From Octopus vulgaris (lineage: Eukaryota), in the NCBI GenBank assembly GCA_951406725.2, contig OX597829.1:58280001-58344000 (forward strand): a stretch of 64,000 nucleotides of DNA, written 5' to 3'. Below, in pieces: positions 1 to 11,370 of the stretch (positions within the stretch are counted from its first letter, which is position 1; the number at the start of each line of letters is the position of its first letter). Both the position numbers and the translations under genes were made by a program. The notes beneath the pieces were generated by a model. That model did no database searches. It saw only the letters and a list, made by a program, of their open reading frames with translations, and was not told where the DNA came from.

Positions 1-419
1 CAATTTTTACTTTTTTCCCCAACATTAACCCTAAAACCCTAATTTTAACCCTTAAACCGTAACCGTAAGTACAGAAATGCTTTGAAATTTTTGTCCGAAT
101 CATAATGTCCGTATTTTTCCGCGTGGTTAGGAAAAAAAGAATTCTTAAAAAAAAAAATTTTACAAAATTTTTGTAAATTTTTTTCAGAATCATAATCTCC
201 GCATTTTCCTGCCTATTTTGAAAAAAAAAAAAAAAAGATTCTGAAAAAAGTTTAAAATTAAGGAAATGGGGGCAGGAGTGATAATTTAGAAATGTCGATT
301 TTTGCCAATTTTTTTGCAGATTCGTATTCCCCGTAGTCGAAAAGGTGGGAGGGGTCGAAAAAATGTTTTTAAGGGTGGTTTTGGGGGTGGGGACGGGCGG
401 AAGTCTTGCCAATCACAGA

Positions 420-1319
420 ATCATACAGGCCTGTATTCTGGATCACCAAGAAAGACTCCACTATTAAAACGTAAACTTGTGCAAAGACCTTTTGAAATTT
501 GTTAAAAAGTATGAACATGAATCAGATGAATTCTGGAAGAAAGTTATTTGGTCAGATGAAACGAAAATTGAGCTTTTCGGGAGAAACGGGTGCATCCAAG
601 TATGAAGAAGAAAAGGAACTGAATACAAACCCAGTAAACACTATTCCAACAGTCAAATATGAGGGTGGATGGAAGTGTAATGATTTGGAGTTGCTTGTCT
701 TATAATGGAGTTGGAGAAATGGAAGTCATCGAAGGAAGAATGAATGCAGCAAAATACATGCAAATCTTATCAACCCATCTATTAAAAAGTGCAACAGCTT
801 TGGGGCTTGACCGAGATTTTGTATTCCAGCGGGTCAACGATCCAAAGCACAGGGCTAAAACAACATTGGCGCAATGAAAATGGAATTGATGTTCTGGAAT
901 GGCCTAGCCAGATCTCAATCCAATAGAAAATTTATGGAAAAAGTTGAAATTGAGAGTACACGCAAGAGATCCCAAAAATATCAAGGAACTGAAGAAAATC
1001 TGTGAAAAAGAATGGGTGAAATTGTCAAAATCTTCATGCAAGAAGCTCATTGAAAACTACAAAAAACAACTAGAGGCTGTAAGGCAGAACAGAGGATATG
1101 CTACAAAATATTAACAATCTCGTTAAATACTTTTGCACGCAGTCAAATTCGAAAAATGGCAATAAAAGTACTTAAAAGCAATGTTTCTCAATTTTCCTCT
1201 GTTTTGTTAGACAATGTTCATTAAAATATTTGAAAAATCATTCAAATTGAACGATATTTTTATTGTGAAATTTATGAAAAAAAAAACGATGTGTTAAATA
1301 CTTTTGCTACACACGGTAT
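420..1319 (+). mobile_element. Decayed Tc1-family (DD34E) DNA transposon, 3' part with right TIR
   Basis: Frameshifted pieces: W.DE.K, GSVMIWSCLSYNGVG, FVFQ..NDPKH, WPS.DLNPIENLW. AAATACTTTTGC repeated at ~1125 and ~1297 (IR/DR-like); ends in TA. Confidence 0.85.
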
Positions 1320-1365
1320 ATATATCATATATGTATATAATGTATATATTATGTGTATATAATAT

Positions 1366-1975
1366 ATCTATCTATATATATATATATATAATTTAATATA
1401 AAATCCGTTCTGTCTGTCTGTGTGTACCTTCTAGGATCTCGGGCGTCCTCCATCTGATTGCGCTCAAATTTGATATGTAGATACCGACGGTATCAGGGCG
1501 TGTATACGTCTTGAAAAAATTACAAACATCGATTCCAGGTGAGAATGCGATCGATAAAGCCGGGGGAACGTGCATTTGTACGAGCAAATACATCAGCTGT
1601 TGCGATCGATACTACGCGTACGCGAGAAAAATGCACGTGCAGATGACGCAGAAAAAGCCTGCCGACTTGAAATAATGTCACAAAATGCATTATTATTGTG
1701 GGCAATAAAGAAATAACGCAATGCAGTATATTTAAGAGACCAAGAGAGTAAGATGCAAAAGAGATATTTTGTTCAAACTTGGCATGAAGGAAGGAAAGAC
1801 TATTTGGTTTCCCAAGAAGTTGTTTTTTTTTGCCTTAAGTTTGTTTAACAAAACCCAAAATTTTATTGAAATAAAGGCATGCTTAATTATTTTTAATGAA
1901 AAGAAAATACTGATTGCTTTTTATTCAGCAGATGTGATTCAGCACCGTCCATTGAACGGGGGGCGTTTTGCTCGT
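1366..1975 (+). mobile_element. Non-autonomous Helitron/HINE-like element
   Basis: 5' TCTATCTATATA..AAAAT..CTGTCTGTCTG, 3' GC hairpin CCGTCCATTGAACGG then CTCG|T (CTRR-like). A related 5' segment lies at ~27495-27730. Confidence 0.4.
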
Positions 1976-1982
1976 AGATATA

Positions 1983-2033
<51 letters not shown>

Positions 2034-2070
2034 TATATATATATATACACACACACACACATATATATAT

Positions 2071-2133
<63 letters not shown>

Positions 2134-2984
2134 AATATAAGGCGGAGGTAAAGTACATGCACGCCACCACTTTTCGGCGTAACAAAAACCCTAATCTTAA
2201 CCCTAAATCCTACCCCCATCCCTAAACACTGAGTGTGCGTATTCTTTACCTTCGCTCTAATCTCCACCTTAGAGTGACAACGCTCTGCCAGAATTTAAAA
2301 TCAGTCCACAGAGTCAGAGAGAGACAGACAAAATGATAAGCGAGTGAAACATGGGAAATGAAAGAAAGAGACAGAGTGCAGAAAAGAGAAATAAGAATAA
2401 GACAGAAACAGGAGAGAAGGACATACAAAGAGGGAATGAGAGAGAGAGAGAGTTACTTCTCTCTCTCTCTCTCGCCTGTGTCTGTGTTTCTCCTCTTTAT
2501 CTAAAGCAGGGCAAAGCACAAGTGTCCGTCTATCTAATTCCGCACCGTTTATATATTTGTTTCTTTCTGTAGGAAAGTCATGTTTAAATACTTCAAAATG
2601 TATTGCTGTCGTATTGTTATTACTGGATACAAATTTTGTTTAACTTCGCTTTACACAAAATGTAACAAAAACGCTATTAAGATTGTAGAGCAAACCGAAG
2701 CTGAGAAATCATAAAGTATCTCCACGTTTTCGGTACAATAAAGTTGCTTTGGAGGAAATATGAGATGTAAACCAGTATAAAATACATGGGCAATGTGGGT
2801 TTGATTCCTGATCATGGCGGACCAGGTTCTTCTTAAATCCAGGCATAAAAACAAACGGTCCAAGAATTAGTTTGTGTGCGTGCGTATATGTACGTTTGTG
2901 TAAATATGCATAGGTATATATATATATATGTGTGTGTGTGTTTATATAATATATACATAATACATATGTATTATGTAGTTGAAA

Positions 2985-3860
2985 ATCAAAAGAAGACAGG
3001 TGTATGCACAATAGGCAGGTGTATTAGTTTGACGCTCAGGAAAGTGAAAAAGTCTTTCGTGTTTCGAGCCCACGCTCTTCATCAGAAAAGAACAGGAGAA
3101 AATAAACAGAGAGGGAATAAAATGATGAAGAGAGAGGTGGGTAGGAGTGAAGAGAGGAAGTAGGTGTGAGTTGAGAGGAGGGGAGTCAGATGAAGAGGGG
3201 AGTTGAGCCCATATGGTACAAAGGAGTGAAGAGAGAAGATTAATTCTTGTTCACGGCGAAGGCGCGAGTCCGGATGGCCCCTGTGCAAAGACAATCCGAA
3301 CTCAGACGGGTGTTGTAATGAATGACTGGTAGAGCGGGACTGGGGTGTTGTTGTCGAGTCTAATGTCTCGGAGGTGCTCTGCAAACCGGTCAGCGAAGTA
3401 GCGTCTCGTTTGACTGATGTACAGAGAAGGACAGAAAGAGCAGGAGATACAGTAAGAGACGTTTCTAGACTTGCATGTAAAGAAGTTAGTAATATGATAG
3501 GCACGATGATGGGTGCCTGTGAGGATGGTGATGTTGGAGAGGTAGGGGCAAGTGCGACAGCGTACGTGGAAGCAGGGGAACGGGCCAGATTGGGAGATGG
3601 GGTTAGGGAAGAAACTGTGGACCAGAAGGTCACGTAGGTTGTTGGCTCGTTTGTAGGAGTGGAGGGGTGAAATGGGTAACGGCAGGGCAAGTGTGGGGAG
3701 AGAGAGCAGAGGCACGGTCCACGGAAGTGCTCTGGCAAGGACGGTGTGGATGTTGATGAGGAGATATCCACAGAGGATGAAGTGGCAAACCATGAGTTGA
3801 GACTGAGTCTCAGAGTCATGAATGTCACTGCAGAGCCTGCGCAGACCGAGGAATTGGGAG
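2985..3860 (-). mobile_element. Penelope-like element 3' end (Neptune-type GIY-YIG with Cys-rich linker) plus pseudo-LTR
   Basis: ORF 3302-3793: YKRANNLRDLLVHS, PCFHVRCRTCPY, NVSYCISC..C.SLYISQT.R..RF.EH. HHR-like motif downstream at 3053-3091. Confidence 0.85.
3053..3091 (-). ncRNA. Minimal type I hammerhead-like motif in PLE pLTR (degenerate cleavage site)
   Basis: Minus strand: TCTTTT CTGATGA A GAGC-GTGG-GCTC GAAAC ACG AAAGA. Confidence 0.55.
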
Positions 3861-4020
3861 TATATATATATATATATATATATTATATATGAGTGTATTT
3901 TCCCTCGTTAACAATTAACAGGGGAAAAATAGATAAATAGTTTCCAGGGTAGCATAAATCACACTTGTTTTTAAAGGTAGAAACTTCGGGTATACGTGAA
4001 TTTTTTTGTATAATATACAA

Positions 4021-5447
4021 ATAAATAAATGGAGTTTAACGCAGGTATAATTGAAATACTTTTACTTCCGACACATGTTTAAATTTTTCCGTAGAATGGG
4101 CTTAGGCATCGTTTTTGATAATGATATGACGAAGGCTAACTTTTTAGATATAACGCTGAATTTTATAACTCTACCTTACTTAAAGCAGGTTATACAGAGA
4201 AAATTTTCTACATTGATTCTATTCAGTCTTATTCTAACTTCAATAATGTAGATATGAAATCTAGTTGTAAAGGAATTATCGATAACAAGCATAACTTATG
4301 CACCGATACAAAGCAGAGGAAGGGAGATAACCCTTATTTAATCCCCTATTATCATTCTAAAAGTAAATGTAAGACTTTCAAAAATAATTACACTAAAAAT
4401 AAGATAAATAGTAGTAAAACTATTCGGTTCATTATTCCATACGGGAGACAAATTAAATCTAATCTCCCATTGCAATTTGTCAACCTATTGTTAGGAATTT
4501 TCCTAAGAATTCAAAGTATTTCTCTATTGTCAATTCACATACGGTTAGGATTGATTTTTCCAACACAAAAATAATCTCTTACAAATTATCTCTTCACTAA
4601 TAACAACCTGTTAAATATAAATACATTTACTAATACTAACCTTAATTTAGCTAATACCATCCATCCCTCCAGAAATGTTAATAACAAGGTTATTGTATCT
4701 GAAGTCAATTCCAACAGAATTAAATTTATGTCAAGTAACTCTAAAATAAAAAATTCTATATACCAGTGTATAATCAGTACTCGTAATAAAGTACGATTTT
4801 ACATTGGAAGCACATCATTAGAGTTATCTAAAAGAATTTCTATCCATTACTCAACATTTAAAGATAGAAATAAACGTAATAGTACCGGTCTCAGCAAACT
4901 GATTTGGGATTTAAAAGACCACAATGAACAATTTCATTTAGAATGGTTGATTCTTTCAATCTCGATACCTTATGACAAAGGCAAGGAATTCTATCTTCTC
5001 TGTAATTCTGAACTATTTTTCATTATTTTCTCTAAAAATCCCCTAGTAAACATGGTTATAGAGCATGCATACCGATGTAAACATTGGCAAAAACATACAT
5101 TTAGTTCATATAAGTAATCTCTATCATTATAGACAATTTAAACATTTTCTTTTTATATTTAACATTCACTAAAAAAATATCCCTCCTCTTTCTATAGGCT
5201 ACTTCTGACATTTTATCATATAACGTTTTTCAAACAATATTAATAGCGTTCAGTTAATCACTATACATATCCACCATTTTCTGTTAAAATGTCTTATTGA
5301 CGAGTTTCATTTCTTCACTTCCCTGAAGAGAAGATTATATTGCTTTACACCTTTTATTCTTTTGAATAATTTCAGTGATATCTTCGAAGCATGTGTCGGA
5401 AGTAAAAGTATTTGAATTATACCTGCGTTAAACTCCATTTATTTATT

Positions 5448-5448
<1 letters not shown>
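4021..5448 (+). mobile_element. Penelope-like element (Naiad-like), 5'-truncated, with inverted pLTR fragment at its 5' end
   Basis: NFLDITLN (RT end). ORF 4728-5117 is a GIY-YIG: IYQCII..FYIGST..R...H..TF..STGLSK.IW.LK..LC.SE..CKH. 4021-4080 is the reverse complement of ~5388-5448. Confidence 0.85.
5314..5406 (+). ncRNA. Type I hammerhead motif with extended stem II in Naiad-like pLTR
   Basis: TTCACTTCC CTGAAGA GAAGAT...ATCTTC GAAGC ATGT GTC|GGAAGTAAA. The inverted copy at 4060-4080 retains AAAC at this position. Confidence 0.7.
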
Positions 5449-5510
<62 letters not shown>

Positions 5511-5511
<1 letters not shown>

Positions 5512-5956
5512 GCGGCAGCTTTAGTCTTATATTTATAGACTGCCATATTAGTATGTCGATAACTATTAATATCCAGTAACGCTGCCGTAATCTCCTTTAG
5601 AGAGACTTAGTAATTTCAATATTTCTATTATTGAAAACAAGTGGATGTATTCCACTGTAACTAGGTAAATAAAATCTTCGAACAGACTGGTTCTGACTAC
5701 GCTGCATTGATAAAGGGCAACAACCCTGAAACATGTCTGCAGATGTCTGACTAGCAAGGTGAAGCGGCTGACCTCTCCTGTTCGAAGGTCGTAATGGACG
5801 CAGGTTCGTGTGTCATATAGCTAGCTAGAGGCGATGGCCTCTTGGAGCTAATCAGCGACAGCTTTAGTCTTATATTTATAGACTGCCATATTAGTATGGC
5901 GATAACTATTAATATCCAGTAACGCTGCCGTAATCTCCTTTAGAGAGACTTAGTAA

Positions 5957-5963
<7 letters not shown>
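5511..5963 (+). repeat. Partial tandem repeat (343-bp unit, ~1.3 copies) containing one hammerhead
   Basis: 5511-~5620 recurs almost identically at 5854-~5963; flanked by (TA)n/(CA)n. Confidence 0.9.
5702..5742 (+). ncRNA. Type I hammerhead, U3-A8 core variant
   Basis: CTGCA TTGATAA AGGG-CAACAA-CCCT GAAAC AT GTC|TGCAG: perfect stems I and II, palindromic ACATGT stem III. Confidence 0.7.
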
Positions 5964-6019
<56 letters not shown>

Positions 6020-6159
6020 ATACATAAATATACATTGTATGTATGTATTCTTTTATTTGTTTCAGTTATTTGACTGCGGCCATGCTGGAGCATCGCCTTC
6101 AGTCGAGCAAATCAACCACAGGACTTATTCTTAATAAGCCTAGAATTTATTCTATCGGT

Positions 6160-6570
6160 CCGTATGACATCACGACAGTATTCAAGAGTAATAAAGCACT
6201 TCGCAAATATCTCCTTCGGGTAAAACCACCAATAGAAGAGAATATAACCAAAGACTGCGTGTACTCCATCCCATACAGCTGTGGTAGGTTATACAAAGGC
6301 GAAACATGCCGCCCCCTCAAAATAAGGGTAGAGGAACATCGCAAAGAGGAACATGAGGAGATATTGATAAATCGGGTATAGCTGATCATGTATGCAAAAA
6401 TGGAGACCACCTCACCCAGTGGGATGAAGTTAAAATAATCGACAGAGAACATCACTGGAAAAAGAGGCAGCACATATGCTAGGACACAATAACGTCCTAA
6501 GCAGACCGAGTACGGATATGAGCAGCATATGGGAACCGGTATTAAGGAAGGATAGGGAAATATTAGATTT
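6160..6570 (+). mobile_element. Penelope/Poseidon-type GIY-YIG endonuclease fragment
   Basis: VFKSNKALRKYL..K..CVYSIPYSCGRLYKGET.R.LK.RV.EH, followed in another frame by ADHV...H..W..VKII..E. Confidence 0.8.
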
Positions 6571-7374
6571 ATAAACCCTAAAATTCACTCTATAAATATC
6601 CACAGGTATAGTGGTTAAGAGCGCGGGCTACTAACCCCGAGTTCGATTCCAGGCAGTGACCTGAGCTATATATACATATGGAATTTGCTGTTGGCGGATT
6701 GGGTGTTCCGTCGGAGAACCTCAGATTTAACGGATGCATAAGTCGCGTCCGGACGTGGGTCAATGGAACGTGCAAGAGGAGCAGGCATCCCACAGTACAA
6801 AAGACTTAGTTGCTGTTGGAGAATTTTGTTGTTATTTAGCCTCAAATCAACCCTGATACAGCAAATCTATGTTGCTATAAAAATATCTCTGGTTATTGAA
6901 GAAGGGTTTTGTTAGGGGAGTGGACCCGGAAGTTGTTCGCAAACATCAGCAGTAATTTTCTTCAGTTGAATACACGTCATTGATTGGTTAAAATTACCCA
7001 AATACGACAATTTTAACACGAAATAACTTCTAAAATATAAAATTTTGTCAAAAACGTTAAGAGTAAACCCTGTTCTATGTGTCACGTTCTGCCAGTATCC
7101 GAAGTTTCAAAGTGTTTAGTTAAAAAAAGAAACAATTAAAAATTAAAAATCTGTCGGTCAGATTGAAAAGATCCCAAATATCTCCTTAGTATATAATGGT
7201 GGCAAGTTTTACATCACCTGAAAAGTCATTAGTTGAACTATCTCTTGACAGACATTTCAACAGACGCCCATAAATTAAATGCAACGTGGCCTGTCGACCT
7301 GTGCCTGATGGCCACAATCGTGGTCCGTCTCGTTTTCTGTTAACACCCAGACACCAAAAAGAAAAGAACGAGCG

Positions 7375-7816
7375 CAATAGGTGTAAACAAATGTGTATTA
7401 AACGAATATGAAAACAAAAATTTACGCCAACGAACCGGAGGGGGGGGGGGCAGGAGGGAACTTTCGGAAAATTCCCAACATCCGATTTTTTTCCTCGTAA
7501 CTTTTAGGAAAATGGATATCTTTTAATGAAATTTTATATAAATACCTTTCAAACAGTATATATTATGAATTTCTTTCTTTTCCAAAGTCCTCTCCCCACC
7601 CCCTCGGAAAAGAATTTCCCCTCAAATTACTTTATAATCGTAATCGTTGCCGTTTGAAAGGTATTTATATAAAATTTCGTTAAAAGATATCCATTTTTCT
7701 AAAAGTTATGAGGGGGAAAAATCGGATCGTGTGAATTTTCCGAAAGTCCACCCCGGTTCGTTGGCGCAAATTTTTGCTTTCATATTAGTTTAATACCCAT
7801 TTTTTAACACCTATTA
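7375..7816. repeat. Foldback/MITE-like inverted repeat (~170-180 bp arms); related modules at ~12360-12410 and ~12790-13100
   Basis: 7375-7555 is reverse-complementary to ~7650-7816 (e.g. TTTTATATAAATACCTTTCAAAC / GTTTGAAAGGTATTTATATAAAA). Confidence 0.8.
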
Positions 7817-9889
7817 CTCTTCTTTCTTTCTTTTTTTTTTACTTTGTTTTGGTGGCCGGGTGTTGAAGTAGTAATTATCTTTTTTTTTTTTTGGTGGTGG
7901 TGGTAGGGAGATTTCTACTGAGAAGATCAAAGGACCTGTTAACGTTGTCGCCATCTTAGAGAGAAGGCAAAGGCTAAAATGCGGATCAAGTCAAACGAAT
8001 GACGAAAATTAAGGCAAGTCTTAATAAAGTTTTGCTTTTCAACAGCAATAGTAATAAAAAATATTCTACACATCTGTAGTTACATCTGTTCATAAATATG
8101 GGCACGTATTTTGCAGACGTCGGAGTCAGTAAGTTTCAAATTGGAATATTTCCGTTCTATCGGGGATTTTTCTGATTTTACTTTTTTTCACGGTGCCCTT
8201 GGAAGTGCTGTGGACTATCTTTTTAGCAAAACAATTTGCGAAAATGATTTTTTATTTCACCCTACCCGGACTTTTGGAATTTCTCCGTTTTGACGGGAAT
8301 ATTTTCACGCTCCTTCCATTCCCGGCCGATTTTGTTAGCACTCGCTCGATGCTTCCCCCCATCCCACCTCTGTGGACAGATTTTGCGGCCACTACTCTTA
8401 AAAATGATGGGAGAGAAACCTTTTCGTTAAAAACAATTTTCACTCCTATCTTTATCAATTTCTTAATGATACATAGCATTTTTTCTTGTTAAACCTTTTT
8501 CCATTACTCAAATGGGTTTGTGGGGAGAAAGATATTCTTTTCGTCGAGTTGTAAACATTAACCTTCTTTTCTTGCACAAGGCCCGAAATTTTGGGGGAGA
8601 GGGCACCCAGTACGCAACTAGTACTTAATTTATTGACCCCGAAAGGATGAAAGGCAAAGTTTACATGGCGGAGACGTAAACGGACTCCAATGAGGGTAAC
8701 CTGCTTGAAGGCCAAGGCCGTAGAATCGGGTGGGATCTTTATTTATTTATTTTTTTGCAAAATTGAAATTTTACAAACAGTTTTCTTTTTTCAGAACCCT
8801 AATTAGCCATGTGCGCCCCTAAAACTAACCCTAACCCTAGGGAGTGTGCATAGTAAAAAAATCTGATTAGAAGCAATCAAGAATGTGCAAACGATATTGT
8901 CGGTCTCCTCGTATCATTATCGGAAAAAGTAAATTACCGCTCTTCATATCGAGTGTCCGTTTTCCGTGTTTTATTTTTAAGTATAAAATATTTTAAAATG
9001 GATGAATCTTTCTAATTTTTTTGCATACATCATTTATTTTGTATATATTTTCCATTTTCACAACTTTTTGTTTTTAATTGCATTTCATTTTATTGGAGCT
9101 CCAAAAACTAACTTGCGATTTTCTTTCTCTTACTATTGCCGTTGAAAAGCCAAAAATTATTGAAATTTAACTTTTCCGGCATTCAATCGTTTTGAGCACG
9201 TGTTGTCAACTGTAAACACATGAAATATTATCACTAATAATGGGGCTTTTTCGACGTCGATTTCGTTTTCTTCTTAGGATACACAAATGAAGCAGGTAAG
9301 AACGAATCCTAGCCGCATGCACATACATGCACAAAAATGCATATATAACTTGCACTTTATAAATATGCAAGACATCTCTTAAGTTTAAAATGCGACCTAC
9401 ATTCCACATACAGAAAAGAGAAGTATGTCACACACGGAAACTATCGAAAGAATCTTGACAAGCCTGAAACGCCAAACGATTGAATGTCGCGGGGAAATCT
9501 AACTTCCGGTTTCAATATTAAATTCTAAGCGTTTCTGATTTTTACTCCGAAGTGAATAGTGTTTCATTTGCAGGAAACTGAACATTTTTTAGTGACATAT
9601 CTTTTAATTCGTACTCCAAAGTGAACTAAAAAAAAACTTGCTGGAAGATTTTTTTAGTTCAATATGGATATTCCTAGGCTATCAGTTACTTCTAGATTAA
9701 GCCCAGAAAACATCATAGATTCGTGAAGTATATTTGCCACCTAAATGTGGCTAACCCTTATGGGTTGATGCCACTGTAGCTTGTAGCCCCAAGAAGACAT
9801 CTCCTCCAGCTGGCTATTGACACACTTATTGTGTCCTATCAGTATTTGCAAAGGGAAGTCATCGTTCCCATCTCCAGCCTGACATGATA

Positions 9890-9934
9890 CACACAGACCC
9901 GAGTTTCTGAATATTGACCCGTCATCAGCGTATG
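9890..9934 (-). ncRNA. Type I hammerhead motif
   Basis: Minus strand: CATACG CTGATGA CGGGT-CAAT-ATTCA GAAA CTCGGG TC|TGTGTG. Confidence 0.75.
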
Positions 9935-10313
9935 ACAACCACTGGTTGGCGATGTGAAGTGGTTCCCAATGCAAATATATATATATATATATATATTATA
10001 TCCTTTTTCCTGTGACTTTTCGTTACTGATCTTGAAAAGGTGTAAACAAGCAATAATACATCTCTGAACGAGGTATAGACATTAACTGCACGACAACGTA
10101 AAGTATAATAGCCGTCTCAATATGGCTAACCACTAAGGGTGGGTGTTACTGTAGCTTTTAGCCCCAGGAGAACATCTTCTCCAGCTGGCTTTTGACACGA
10201 GATATAAACTGTAGCTGCACGACGAGATTTATTATTGCTTGTTTCCACTTTTTCGAGATCAGTGACTTTTCGTCACTGGAAAAAGTATATATATATATAT
10301 ATTTGCATTGAGA

Positions 10314-10358
10314 ACTACGCTGATGATGGGTCAATATTCAGAAACTCGGGTCCGTGTG
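10314..10358 (+). ncRNA. Type I hammerhead motif
   Basis: ACTACG CTGATGA TGGGT-CAAT-ATTCA GAAA CTCGGG TC|CGTGTG; predicted cleavage after 10352. Confidence 0.75.
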
Positions 10359-11370
10359 TATTACGGCAGGGTGGAGATAGGAAAGACGACTTCCCTTTGC
10401 AAATACTGATAGGGCACAGTAAGTGTGCCAATGACCAGCTGGAGGAGATGTCTTCCTGGGACTACAAGCTCCAGTAGCATCAACCCTTAGAGGTTAACCA
10501 CATTTAAGTGGCAAATATACTTCACGATGTCGTGCAGCTACTGTGTATACCTCGTTCAGAGATTTATTATTACATTGTAGATTATTTGAAAGAGGAAGGA
10601 TTACTTTTTAAACAGAAAAGATGTACCCGTAATACATTTATGAGTTTCATAAAATCACCGAGGAGTAATGACAGATATTCATGGAAATGTCCATCTTGTC
10701 GAAAAAAGAAATCAATCAGGAGTAACACGTTTATGGAAAGATCAAAATTATCGCCTAACAATTATTTTTCATATCGTTTATCACTTTGCCAGTGGAACCC
10801 CAGTCACTGCATGTATGAGTCGAGTTGGTGTATCACGTGTGACAGCTATTCAATGGTACGCATATTGTAGAGAAATTTGTAGCAGCAAGTTACTCAAAGA
10901 CAGAACAAAATTAGGAGGTGATGGTCACGCGGTACAGATTGAGGAATCACCGAGTTTAATAGAAAGTTTAATCTAGGTAAGATTAAAGAGAAAATTTGGA
11001 TTGTTGGTTTCTTTTGTTTCAGTATGCACCGGACAAAAGTGCTGAAACCTTAGAAACAATTATACAAGAAAATGTTTTACCTGGCAGTACACTGTATACT
11101 GATAAATGGGATAGCTATAAGAATCTTTCATCTTTAGGTTATAACAGCCAACCAGAGTCGTGTTAAACAAAAAATTTAAAACATTTATGGTTCAGAAGGA
11201 GAACTGAGATGGGACCACATAGATGAAGGCATTTTCAGGGAATATTATAAGTTCAATGCATCAACATTTATACAAAACTCCCAAACTTCCCTGAAGCACA
11301 TTGCAGGAATTTATCTGCAGGTATGTAATGTTATATACATTCACATTATATCGTTTCATACTATAATATG

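Larger units (their letters stand above)
9722..10571. mobile_element. Non-coding, hammerhead-bearing tandem-plus-inverted insertion (retrozyme/pLTR-like)
   Basis: 9721-9975 is the inverted counterpart of 10300-10527; an extra partial copy lies at 10060-10200; flanked by an imperfect 12-bp duplication. Confidence 0.75.
9664..11320 (+). mobile_element. Merlin (IS1595/ISXO2-like) transposase pseudogene, interrupted at 9722-10571
   Basis: WKCPSCRKKKSIRSNTF..SKL; WY.YCREIC; LGGDGHAVQIEES; PDKSAETL..IIQENVLPGS.LYTD.W.SY..L..LGY; frameshifts and stops present. Confidence 0.85.

Noticed and set aside
25-70. TAACCC-like telomeric repeats (also ~2187-2225 and 8796-8838)
   Set aside because: Short and degenerate, embedded in dispersed repeat modules; not a telomere or a convincing interstitial array.
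6605-6665. tRNA gene (also 27103-27175)
   Set aside because: A/B-box-like motifs but no complete cloverleaf; these are SINE heads.
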